The translations under genes were made by a program, and so were the position numbers. A stretch of DNA of 64,000 bases from Cycas panzhihuaensis. Lineage: Eukaryota; Plantae; Cycadophyta. The DNA lies in the NCBI GenBank assembly GCA_023213395.1, contig CM041465.1, forward strand, positions 233,375,741 through 233,439,740. The letters run 5' to 3'. Positions 1-12,754 of the stretch are shown piece after piece (positions within the stretch are counted from its first letter, which is position 1; the number at the start of each line of letters is the position of its first letter). Under the pieces are notes generated by a model. That model was not told the origin of the DNA and searched no databases. It was given only the letters and a program-made list of their open reading frames with translations.

Positions 1-179
1 AGCCGTGATTTCCAATAACCCCTAAAATAAAATACGAAAAACAGACAGACAATAGAAACTTATAATATGGTGCTTCTTTATTTACAACACGAAGGATCCG
101 TTGCAGAAAACACGATGTTTGCTCCAACGGTCACAGAAGCACAAATTTCAGGCCATTCGAGATTCTTTACCGGATCGCC

Positions 180-960
180 TCAGACCGGCAGCTCGTCTAT
201 ATTTTTCGCAGGAGCTTCGTAAACGAAGATGAAATCCAGATTATAGAGAACGGGCACCGTCGCCACCGAACCGACGAAGGCCATTATTGGGCCGAATATC
301 CAAAGCAGCAACGGGAACGCTATATAAAACGCTCTGTTCCCAATCGTATTGAACGCAGACCCCCTCTCGAACATTTCGCAGACGTACTGCGGAGTGACGA
401 ACGGCGACTGAAATTGCGTGGTGTTTATCAGGTAGTTGACCTGATTCAGGAACCGGACCGCCAGCGAATGGCAGAAAAACGAAAACAGGAAAAACGTCAA
501 CAGCGACACGTATTTCAGGGCCACCATGACTTCGCCGTGCGCACCGTAAGCCGTATCGTTCACAGGCTTCTTCACGCTGTACGTGCTGCTTATGACGGCA
601 GCCAAACCGCAGCTCAGAAGAATGGAAGTGGTGGCCATGAGGGTCGATCCCATGATGCTGTTTCTTAACGTCTGCACCGCAACTATGTTCTTCTTCTCGT
701 TATCCTGCAAATCGTCGTAACCGGAAATTAATTTATAAATCTGATATCGCGTTCTCAAAATTAATCGAATTATTTGCTAATTATAATCGAACCTTGATGA
801 TGCTTTGGATCCATAGCCTTCTTCCGATGGCGTTAACGCCGATCGTGGTGCGGAGGGGACGGTTCCTGACGCTGTGCCACAGGAAGCCGTTGTACGCCAA
901 GGCAATCAGAACGCCCAGGGGCACCAGAATGGCGTCCAGGTAGCATTTCTTCCATTCCAT
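180..960 (-). CDS. DUF599-family predicted membrane protein, 2 exons (960-793, 704-180), 230 aa
   Basis: Exon 1 MEWKKCYLDAILVPLG...WIQSIIK joins exon 2 DNEKKNIVAVQTLRNSIMGSTLMATTSILL...GNRAFYIAFPLLLWIFGP across an 88-nt phase-0 GT..AG intron (792-705, AAG|GTTCGA...TTGCAG|GAT). The motifs are typical of plant DUF599 proteins. An alternative in-frame ATG lies at 978. Confidence 0.93.
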
Positions 961-2372
961 TCTGCCAAATCCTTGCATTCGTTCGGCCGCGGGCCGAGCC
1001 GAGGTCGTCGATCTGTCTGATCCGAGGGGTAGCGCATGGATTGCCAGTAATAAATGGTGGAATGGCGCACGGATTGTCAGTACCGAAGGGCGGAAAACAG
1101 GCGCAAGCTCGAGGATTGGTGGGAATTCGTTTAATTTAATGGAAGCAAGTGAGAAGCCCAGTGGCCACTAGACATCGTGATGTACAGATGTCTTGGCACC
1201 CGGCGTTGGGGGGTGGGAGATGGCAGGTGAATTGGGTGGTTGAGGGTGTTTAAAAGGAATAAAGAAATGGAACGTGAAGGAGCTTGTGGATAACGTGGGT
1301 AGGAAAGGTAGGCACCACGGGAAAGTTGTGTGGGATGTAACTAACAATAGGCCGATGGATGGATGAATTTTCACGTATCTTCTGTATTTGTTTATTTTCT
1401 GTTTTCCTTTTTTGAGGATCTGTTCGGCTTGTTTGAAATCTGTCTCCACAATTCTCTTTTAATTTTAATTTTGCGTTTTTTCCGTCCTTGCAGAGGGGAA
1501 AAGCATTGTGCATGGAGGGCTTATGGGAGGTTGCTTTACAAAAGAGAGTATATACTTTCTCGAAGGAAGTAAACAAAGAGTGAATGGTACATGCTCTAGG
1601 AAATGCTCAGGGAGCATTACTATTAACCTTTTTTTTCTTTTTTTTTCAATTGGAATTATAAGACTAAAATACTTTACACATGATATAATCAGCGTAAATG
1701 GCAGTTTAGCTTGAGAATCAAGGCTACGCAACACAATGTATTTCTTTTAAATGTCTGATCAAACTTGTATCATTTTATTTATCTTAAATCATGACAAGCG
1801 CTTGAAATCTTGCAGTAAAGTGTAAGTGTATAAGTGGATGCTCCACTAAGTGTTAATTAATCATCATGAGAAAACGACTCCACTTAATCTAATTTGTTGA
1901 TGTGAGTATTTAACTATTACTTCTTATCAAAAAGGAATATTTGTATGCATAAAATATGACAAAAAAAATGTCTGTAATTAAGTTTGAGATCTATATTATT
2001 CATATTACTTACATTCGTTCTTACATTACACTATAATTACAATCTTATAGAGTTACGTATATTTTTTGAAACAAATACATAAACACTTTAAAGAAGTCTT
2101 ATGATTACATCAATATCTAGAATAACATGGTAATTTATTTTGATGACAAAAATAAGTGCCACTGATTTTATTTTATTTTATGTGTGTGTATGCATGCATG
2201 CTCAACAGGTGGAAGAGAGAGACAAAGAGAGAGAGAGGTGATATTAGAACTTCATGGTCTTATTTATTATAGAACATTCCATCTTTAGATAATCATTATA
2301 TTATTTATAATTTCTAATAATGATGAAGTATATTATATGTATCATGTATCATAATTGCACTCTAGTTTATAG

Positions 2373-2705
2373 TGAAGTTATCCTAACTTGGATCCACTTC
2401 TTTAAACATAAAAGAAAGTTGAAATAAAAACTAAATAGGCAAAATTACCACAAGCACCAAGTGTTAAATAAAATTAGGATTAACCCAAAAAATAAAACTT
2501 ACATGACGAAATGGGGGTCTCCCATATTTATAGGTGTCAATATAACTTTTTATTTAAAAAACTAACTTTAATAATAACATATTAGCTTCTTAAAATAAAA
2601 ATCAACTTCATATTAATTTGAAAATGCCAACTACTTAATATAATAATAATAAACTTGACTCATAATAAAATAACAACTTCTCCTCAATAGATTTGGATCA
2701 CTATA
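2373..2705 (-). mobile_element. Inverted solo copy of the ~350-bp gypsy LTR also present at 3742-4493
   Basis: The reverse complement reads tatagtgatccaaatctattgaggagaagttg...acctataaata...ggatccaagttaggataacttca, colinear with the plus-strand LTRs. No PBS, PPT or TSD seen. Confidence 0.8.
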
Positions 2706-3439
2706 ACCAAATTTCCAACTCTTAGTAGTCAAACTTTTTTATCCCATTCAACATACCACTTCATGTCTCATTTCCTAGGGAACCCCCTTATCACCACTCC
2801 CATATTCTTCAATCTTTTAATAAGTTTCAAATCTTAGTGTTATCATTAAACACCCCTTCTATAAGAAGTTAACTTTTTTCCCTCTATATTTTAGCTCACC
2901 TTACTCCCCAACTTTCTCACTCTCTTATTTGTTTTAACATTTGGCCTTTGTAATACTTTAGAAACCATTTCACAAACCCTTACCAAAATCTTTTTTTTTA
3001 TAAAGAGCATTAGCCCTAATTCCCTCCTCATTCCCTTTAACCTACTCAAATCCTAAACTCACTTATAAATCAAGATTTATGTACTTTTCATTCTATATAA
3101 AATCATCCTCATCATTCACAAATTCTTTCAATCCACCTCATATCCAACCTACCCTTCATATATCACATTCCCTAAACAAATTCCAATATATGGTTCTTTC
3201 TAGTTTCTCTCTTGATATAATTCCTTTGTATCCTACATTCCCTATGTCTTTCAATTCTATGTCCTTCATGTATGCATATATATATATAGCTCCCCCCATG
3301 TAATCTATCCCTTATATTCTATCTTCCCCATATGTAATTCCACTCTTATATCCCTACCTTTTATTCCCAAGACATATACCCTCACTACAATATCAATAAT
3401 CTATATCTTTCTCCTATATTCCTTTAGTTTTCCCTCAAG

Positions 3440-4260
3440 GACAACTACAAGTAGATATAATATTTAAGAAAGAGGCAAGACCTTAAAATATATAGGCTCT
3501 AGGATTAATCAAGAACATAGTTGTATATAAAGATAGTTCCAATAGAGTATTATCATCAATATGAAGAAGATATATATGGATTTCTTTGAGGAGATTGAAT
3601 AAAGGAGAACTAAAATCCTATGATACTCTAACTTTAGTAGGCAGAGAATTTAAGATATGTACAATGAAATGTATACTCTAACTTCAAATAATAAGGTTAT
3701 AATAATTCATGGGCAAAGTTTTCTTTGAAGGAGGGATCAATTATAATGATCCTAATATATTGAGGAGAAGTTAGGATTTTATTAGGAGTCAATTCTATTA
3801 TTATTATTATCATCATCATCATTATTATTATTATTATTATTATTAGGAGGAGGAGGAGGAGGACGTGTTATTTTTAAATCAATATGAAAATATTTTTTAT
3901 ACTAAAAAATAGTATTCTATTATTAATATTTTTATTAAACTTGGTTTTTTAATAGAAATCCATATTGGCACCTATAAATAAGGAGGACCCTTATTTCATT
4001 ATATGAGTTTTATTTTTTAGGTTAATCTTAATATTATTTGACACTTAATGCTTGGGATAATTTTGCCCATTCAACTTTCATTTTAACTTTCTTTTGTATT
4101 TAAAAAAATAGATCTAACTTAGGATCACTTTAAGATTATGGTGATCCTAATCTATTAAGAAGAAGTTGGTATTATATTAAGAGTCATTATTATTGTTGTT
4201 GTTAGAGAGTTAATATTTTTAAATTAATATAAAGTTAATTTTTATATTATAAAGTCTATA

Positions 4261-4299
<39 letters not shown>

Positions 4300-5075
4300 A
4301 GTTTATTTTTTAATAGGGAGGCATATTGGTACATATAAATAAGGGAGACATCTATTTTATTATATAAATTTTATTTTTTATATTAATCTTAATCTTATTT
4401 GGCATATGGTGTTCATGAAAATTTCACCTATTTAACTTTTGTTTTAGCCTTTTTTCATTTTTAAGGAAATGGATCCAAGTTAGGGTCACTTTAAGTGGTA
4501 TCGAAGCTTTATTTTTAGCCTATTAAAGATGTGCATTTTTATAAGTATAAATAGATAAATTCAAGAAAAATAATTACAAATTTGAGATGACCAAACTCAT
4601 TTTATAATTTTTGAGTTGTTATATTATTTGTTTTAGAGTGAAATTATAAAAATTACAAGGAGATTAATTTCAACATGTTGTATGTCATTACTTTTAGGGC
4701 TTAAAATCTGCTACTACAACTTCAAATAACATTAACTTTAGTTACAAGTATCTGATTAACTTCAAAATTTTTTTGAATGTATGTATCTTCAACTCTATTT
4801 TCTATTGGAGGGGGTTTTTAATCTATTAAATACTAGAACAAAATGTTCTTATTAATTTGGTAATAAATACTATTGTAGTCCCCTAAAACCCTAATCATAA
4901 CACATAGTAAAAGGGCTATAACTTTTGCTATAGGTATCTAAACTTGATTTTATTTAGAGCATTAGAATTATAACACATAGGTCATCATTTTAAGTTACTA
5001 TATGGTATATTTTAGAGTTGATTTAATATATTTATTATCATTTAAATTTAATGCCTAATAATAAAGTTAAATATT
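3440..5075 (+). mobile_element. Chromovirus-like Ty3/gypsy remnant: 3' internal end + PPT, LTR-A (3742-4132), LTR-B (4137-4493), PBS (4496-4507), 5' internal start
   Basis: PPT gaaggaggga at ~3727-3736, preceded by gggcaaagttttctttgaaggaggg as at chromovirus pol ends. Two colinear LTR copies follow, then PBS tggtatcgaagc (close to TGGTATCAGAGC, tRNA-iMet). The same structure recurs at 8042-8408, 8413-8759 and PBS 8762. Confidence 0.75.
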
Positions 5076-5076
5076 C

Positions 5077-7400
5077 CTTTTTTTTTTCTTTTCTTAAGGT
5101 CAAAAAAGGATATACCTTATATTAAAATTTAAAAAAAAAATTGCATAATTAATGATAGGCTAATACCAAGTCACTTAAATTGAAAGTGTTAAGAATAGTA
5201 AGAAGAGGATTTGATAGAGATTGAAATAAAAACTTATGAAGAGAGGAAACGTGAGGAGAGTATTAAAGCCATAAGTGAATCTCCTTATTGTCCTAAAAAT
5301 GTATCATATTTTAGATACTTCAAATCTCATAAAGAGTAGTCTTGAAGATAATAAACCAAAGATCCACTAAATGGTGTCTATTATTAGGCTATTTGTAAGT
5401 AAAGATCAATTACGATTAATGATGAATTCAAAAGCTTAAAGTTGACCAGATAAAAGACTAGTAAACCCCTAATCCAAGTCGAAGAATTGCATATATATAA
5501 CCTAAAGTTTTTTAAGAAGTAAACACCTCCACCAAATATGCTTGAGAAAATCATCTAGGAGATTATAGATAGGGCAATGGGATTCCCTACTAATATGCTA
5601 TGATTCCAAGGTATCTTAGTAAATGAACACCTTATGGGCTATATGCCACTAAGTGGAGTTATGTTTAGATTAAGCTTTATGCCACTAAATCTAATTCCAA
5701 TTGGTAATACTTTGAGTCAACCTTATCTTCTCCTAATACAGATGGTAATAAAAGTCTTTAGAATAAAAAATTAGTGTCTGAGATAAAAAGTGAAGACCTT
5801 TCTCACATTCTAACTTATAGTGCCAACTAGAGGTTCTATCTCTTGTAACTCAAAGAATAATTGATCAACAACCTAGAGAAGATTAATGTTTATCATCTTA
5901 TTACCATCCATTATTAAAGGAGAAATATCCTTTTATTATTTATTCTAGAAATCATGAAAGTGGGATACCTAAGTGAGATTATAAATAGAATGATGCTCAA
6001 AGAGAGGTTCAAAGTTATCGCATTGAGTAAAGGGATACATGCTAAGAGGAAGCCATTTATAAGTATAGAATTTAACATTAGTATCTTCTAACCCAAGGGA
6101 AAGAAGAGTATTGAATTATATATACACCCAAGACTTAAGCATAAGGTTCTAAATATTTGAGCCTTTGAGGATAGGAAGAGGGGAGACAAGTTACATTTTT
6201 ATATTGAATGAGTTATAGTATTTCCTATGAATAATGTATGCCTACTTCTCTTTTTCATATATCTAAACAAATCCACAATGTTTAGCACCATGAACCTTCA
6301 CCATAAGGAAAGGATCCCTAATGTTTAGCACTTGAAACATGACTCTTATGACTAAGGTTTCTAAAGGAAATGAGAGAATATATCCCAAATAATATACAGG
6401 GTTGTCTTTAGAGAAGATAATTCAACATTTGAAAGAGTGTAGACTCAATGAGACTTTGTTGTCCTACCAAATTTAGATACCAAAAAGGTTATGCCTTAAG
6501 TGTGAATTTTATGTTAAGAATATAAGGATGCCAATCAAAGATCTTAAATAATTGAAGCCAAAGAGGCACACCCAAGTATTTGATAATAGTGGAGGCTATT
6601 ACAATAGGGATCTAGAGTAGTGAAGTTAATCATTACTAAAGATTCATGGGTACAACATTGAAGAGAAAAGACAATTTCTAATAGTTCACTAATTATCCCA
6701 ATGCAAGACATTAAATCTACATGGCTTGATCCTAAGAAAAAACTTTCTCAACCATAGACTAACCTAAAAGGATCATATCATTATCAAAATTTTGATGTAT
6801 TAAGTGTTCCTCCCCATCAATAAGAACACCTTCCAAGACTCTTATACTTTGCAGGCAATTAAGGAGAGAAGAAAACCCTTCTACTACTATGATAAATGAG
6901 TAAGGGAGAAGAGGATATCCATATCAAATTCCATGGGTAATTAACATAGAGAAAGTAATAAAACCATTAATTTTAATAGCCATAGTTATAGTGGAGAGTA
7001 AGCCCTTGAACCAAAGTGAGTGATCTCATTCAACATCTTTAATTTGATGCATAACTAATATACAATCCTATTCTACTATATCATAGGTTGTGTTTATGTC
7101 AAGTTTAAGAACTAAAGGTACCTACTTTTGATTCTTAATGCAATTGAAAGCCTTGGTTATAATGGTGATACTATTAGAAAACCATCACCCATAGACATAA
7201 GTAATTTGATTTTCATTAACAATAAGAGGTAAAAAACTTTTGAGGTATTTTGCAAGGATATTTATAATAGTTTTGTAAGAGCTATTACAAAGACTAATGG
7301 GTTACCACTCATTTAATATTATAAGGTGACATATCTTGGGCAACAATGTAACTAGAGTAGCATTAATTATAGGATATAATTGACCTATATATTTAGTGTC
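5077..7400 (-). pseudogene. L1-type LINE 3' portion (RT domain to A-tail), duplicate copy 1
   Basis: Minus-strand decayed motifs LVLKLDINTTYDIVE* (LKLDMSKAYDRVEW-like, ~7070-7120) and HGI*YGYPLLPYSFIIVVEGF (RGIRQGDPLSPYLF-like, ~6870-6935). The T-run at ~5077-5095 is the A-tail. Confidence 0.85.
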
Positions 7401-8095
7401 TTCTATATAAAATCATCTTCATCATTTATAAATTCTTTTTATCCACCTCTTATCCAACCTACCCTTCATATATCATATTCCCCAATCAAATCCCAATATA
7501 TGCTTCCTCCTAGTTTCCCCCCTGATATAATTCATTTATATCCTACATTCCCTAAGTCTTTGGATTGTATGTCCTTCATGTATACCTATATATAGCTCCC
7601 CTCATGTAATTTATCTCTTATATTCTATCGTCCCCACATGCAATTCCACTCTTATATCCCTACCCTTTATTCCCAAAACTTATCAGTATAATATCCATAA
7701 TCTATATCTTTCTCTTATATTCCTTTAGTTTTCCCTTAAGGACAACTACAAGTAGATATAGTATTTAAGAAAGAGACAAGACCTTAAGATACATAGTTTC
7801 TAAGATTAATCAAGAACATAGTTGTATATAAAGATAGTTCCAATAGAGTATTATCATAAATATAAAGAAGATATATATGGGTTGCTTTGAGGAGATTGAA
7901 TAAAGGAGAACTAAAATCCTATGATATTCTAACTTTAGTAAGTAGAGGATTTAAGATTTGTACAATGAAATATATACTCAACTTCAAATAATAAGGATAT
8001 AATAATTCATGGGTGAAGTATTCTTTGAAGGAGGGATCAATTATAATGATCCTAATGTATTGAGGAGAAGTTATTATTTTATTAGGAGTCAATTC

Positions 8096-8136
<41 letters not shown>

Positions 8137-11100
8137 GGGGGTTGTTATTTTTAAATTAATATGAAAATAATTTTTATATTAAAAATTAGTATTTTATTAT
8201 TAATACTTTTATTAAAGTGGTTTTTTAATAGAAATCCATATTGACACCTATAAATAAGGAGGACCCTTATTTCTTTATATGGGTTTTATTTTTTAGCTTA
8301 ATCTTAATATTATTTGACACTTTATTCTTAGGACAATTTTACCTATTCAACTTTCATTTTAACTTTCTTTTGTATTTGAAAAAATAGATCTAACTTAGGA
8401 TCACTTTAATATTGTGGTGATCCTAATCTATTAAGGAGAAGTTGGTATTATATTAAGAGTATTATTATTATTATTATTGTTGTTAGAGAATTAGTATTTT
8501 TAAATTAATATAAAGTTAATTTTTATATTACAAAGTCTATATTTTATTATTAATATTATTATTAAAGTTTATTTTTTAATAGGAAGGCATATTTATACCT
8601 ATAAATAAGGGAGGCATCCATTTTATTATGTAAATTTTATTTTTTGTATTAATATTAATCTTATTTGGCATATGATATTCATAAAAATTTTACCTATTCA
8701 ACTTATGTTTTATCTGTTTTTCATGTTTGAGATAATGGATTGAAGTTAGGGTCACTTTAAGTGGTATTAGAGTTTTATTATTAGCCTACCAAAGATGTGC
8801 ATTTTTGGAAGTATAAATAGATAAATTCAAGAAAAATAGTTACAAATTTGAGATGACCAAACTCATTTTGTAATTTTTAAGGTGTTATATTATTGGTTTT
8901 AGAGTGAAATTATAAAAATTACAAGGAGATTAATTTCAACATGTTGTATGTTGTTGCTTTTAGGGCCTAAAATCTACTACTACAACTTTAAATGACCATA
9001 ACTTTAGCTACGAGCATCTAATTAACCTCAAAATTCTTTTGAATTTATGTATCTTGAACTCTATTTTCTATTGGAGGGGGTTTCAAATCTATTAAATACT
9101 AGAATAAAATGTTATTAGTATTTTAGTAATAAATACTAATGTAATCCCCTAAAACCTTAATCATGACCCATATTAAAAGGGCTATAACTTTTTTTATAGG
9201 TATCTGAACTTGATTTTATTTAGAGAATTATAATTCTAACACATAGGTCATCATTTAAGCTATGATGTGGTATATTTTAGAGTTGATTTAATATAATTAA
9301 TGTCATTCAAATTTAATACCTAATAATAAAGATAAATATCCCTTTTTCTTTTCTCTTTTTTTAAGGTAAAAAAAGGGGATACCTTATATTAAAATTTAAG
9401 ATATACATATAAGGATTCCCTACTAATATGCTATGATTCTAAAGTATCTTGGTGAATGAACACCTTATGGGCTATATGCCAATGAGTGGAGTTATGTTTA
9501 GATTAAGATTTATGCCAGCAAATCCAATTCCAATTAGCAACACTTTGAGTCAACCTTATCTTCTCCTAGTACAGATGGTAGTAAAAGTATTTATAATAAA
9601 AAATTAGTGTCTGAGATAAAAAGTGAAGACCTTCCTCACGTTCTAACTTATAGTGCCAATTAGAGGCTCTACCGATTGCAACTCAAAGAATAATTGATCA
9701 ACAACCCAAAGAAGATTAATGTCTATCATCTTATTGCCATCCATTATTAAAGGAGAAATATCCTTTTATTATTTATTCTAGAAATCATAAAAGTGGGATA
9801 CCTAAGTGAGATTATAAATAGAATGATACTCAAAGAGAGGTTCAAAGACATCATACTAAGTAAAGGGATGTATACTAAAAGGAAGCCGTTTATGAGTATA
9901 GAATTTAATATTAGTACCTTCTAACCCAAGGGAAAGAAGAGTATTGAACTGTATATATGCCCAATACTTAAGCATAATGTTCTAAACATTTGAGCCTTTG
10001 AGGATAGGAAGAGGGGAGACAAGCTACATTTTTATGTTCAATGAGTTACAATATTTCCTATGAATAATGTAAGACCACTTCTTCTTTTCATGTATCTTAA
10101 AAAATCCGCATTGTTTAGCACCATGAACCTTCATCATAAGGAAAGGATCCCTAATATCAAGGCCACCCTAAACTTTATGTCTAGTGATTGTTCTTTATTT
10201 CATAGATTGATAGAAGCATGACTATTATGACTAAGGTTTCCAAAGAAAATGAGAGAATATCTCTCAAATAATATATAGGGTTATCTTTGGAGCCTCTAAG
10301 AGAGATATAAGATAATTCAACATTTGAAAGAGTGTAGACTTAATGAGACTTCATTGTCTTACCAAATTTAGATACCAGACAAGTTATGCCTCAAGTGTGA
10401 ATTTTATCTTAAGAATATAAGGATGCTAATCAAAGATCTTAAATTGTCAAAGCTAAAGAGGCACACCCAAGTATTTGATAATCGTGGAGGCTATTGTAAT
10501 AAGGATATAAAGTAGTAAAGTCAATTGCTATTAAAGATTCATTGGTACAATATTGAAGAGAAATGACAATTTATGATAGTTCACTAATTATCCCAATGCA
10601 GGACACTAAATCTACATGGATTGATTCCAAGAAAAAACTTTCTCATCCATAGGCTAACGTAAAAGGATTATATCATTAGTAAAATTTTGATGTATTGAGT
10701 GTTCTACCCTATCAATGAAAACACCTTCGAAGACTCCTATACTTTGTAGCCAATTAAGGAGAGAAGAAAACCCCTCCATTATTATGATAAATAAGTAAGG
10801 GGGAAGAGGATATCCTTATCAAATTCCATGGCTAATTGACATAGAGAAAGTAATAAAACCATTAATTTTAATAGCCATAATGATAGTGGAGAGTAAGCCC
10901 TTGAACCAAAGTGAGTGATCTAATTCAACATCTTTAATTTGATGCGTAACTAATATATAGTCCCATTCTACTATATCATAGGCTTTGTTCATGTCAAGTT
11001 TAAGAACTAAAGGTACCTACTTCTAAGTCCTAATGGAGTGGAAAGCCTTAGTTATAATGGCAATGCTATTAGCAATTCATCACCCATAAACAAAAGTAGT

Positions 11101-12754
11101 TTGATTTTTATTAACAATAAGAGGTACAAAACTTTTGAGGTATTTTACAAGGATCTTTGCAATAGTTTTTGAAGAGCTATTACAAAGACTAATGGGTTAC
11201 CACTTATTTAAAATTAGAGGGTGATATATCTCAAGCAATAATGTAACTAGAGTAGAATTAATTATAGGATATAATTGACCTATATATTGAGTGTCTTCAG
11301 TAATATCTGTAAGGAGTTGAGAAATCTTAGGAGCATTAATAATAAGTAAAAATTCAACTAAGATGCCACTAGAGTTAGGAGTTTTTCCAAATGGAAGCCT
11401 TTTCATTATTTTTATAACCTCATTAAAGGTAACAGGTTGGTTTATAAAAGCATTTAGAGCTTGATAAGAAGTAGTATCAAGAGGAGGGTCCTTGGAAAAA
11501 AGAATATTTAATGTAATAAAATGAGACCTATAAGATCCTTAGGTGGTCTAAATTTAATCAAAATGGTAATGAGTTACATCTAATATCTCTTATTTAGAGA
11601 GTAGGAGCTAGTTATTATCCAACTATAAATAATTTGAAGAATGCAACTAACATCTAACTTTTGAAAAGTGATTTAGAAAAACAGTATTTTAATTAGCATT
11701 CATGTTCTAGTTAATCTTAGCCTAAACCTTATATTTATCTTTCTCAACTTGTTAAAGATTAACGAATTCATCATTAAGAGTATTGATTTTGATATGTAAA
11801 TCTTATAAGTTATTACCACAATCAAATATCTATTGAATAGACTAGATACAATAAAGGAGGTTAGTTTTAGATTGATCCTACCTTAGTTTATAGGCTTTTC
11901 CATAGCATTTAAGGCCCTACATGATAATGGTCCAATGTTCCCTAGGATTAGATATTAAGGTAGTACTCATATATAACTAAGACTATTAATTATTCAAAGA
12001 ATCACAAAAATCATCCAATAAAAGAAGTCATACATTAAACTCAAATGGCACATTCACTATAAAGTGAGCCTCCTATCTAGTGGAAGGATGGAGTAATAAA
12101 ATATGATGATTAGAAATATTAGTTATTGAAATAGAGACATGATGAGAATTTATTAAACTAAGCATTCCACTATATGATTGCCACCTAAGCAATTATTAGA
12201 TCATGTGTATTATAAGGGGGCATCCTAATAAAGTTCATCAAGATCACATGTGTCCTTTAAAGCAATAAAGGTAGTGACATCAGATTGATATGGGTGTTTG
12301 AAATGCCCCCCTTTCTTATCAGACATACACTTGAAAAAATTGAAATCACCAATCATGATAATACAATTATAGGAAACGTATTGATCAATCAAAAGAGAAG
12401 ATAAGATCTTTCAAGAATCCCTCTAAGTCTAAGAATTTACAACAACATAAGTACCAATAATCCACCAATTTTATTAGTCCTCTCTAAAATAAAAACATAA
12501 CTAGTCATTACATGGACTAGCAAAATGAGAGATAAGGTCTCAATATTTATGCTACAAAATGTAAAATCCCCTAATGGGATGATCAAGATTGATTTCTTTT
12601 GAATCCACAAAAGACTATATGCTATTGATAACCCTCTACATCTCAAGCTTAGAGAATATAAGAGTTTTAGTAAGAAGAAAGAATTGGATAAAATGTTTTT
12701 TCAAGAAACATTTGACTTCAATTCATGTAAGGACCCAACCCTGATTTGATCATC

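Larger units (their letters stand above)
3091..11298. repeat. Tandem segmental duplication: ~3091-7400 repeated as ~7401-11298
   Basis: ttctatataaaatcatc starts both copies (3091, 7401) and ggatataattgacctatatatt..gtgtc ends both. Copy 2 lacks ~5130-5578. Confidence 0.93.

Noticed and set aside
414-668. 84-aa plus-strand ORF
   Set aside because: Antisense shadow of the GC-rich DUF599 exon 2, with no independent support.
705-758. N-terminal MRTRYQIYKLISGYDDLQ of ORF 180..758
   Set aside because: It lies within the 88-nt intron; the true start is in exon 1.
1168-1734. Five overlapping short ORFs upstream of DUF599
   Set aside because: No recognisable motifs and mutually overlapping; likely chance ORFs in promoter or intergenic DNA.
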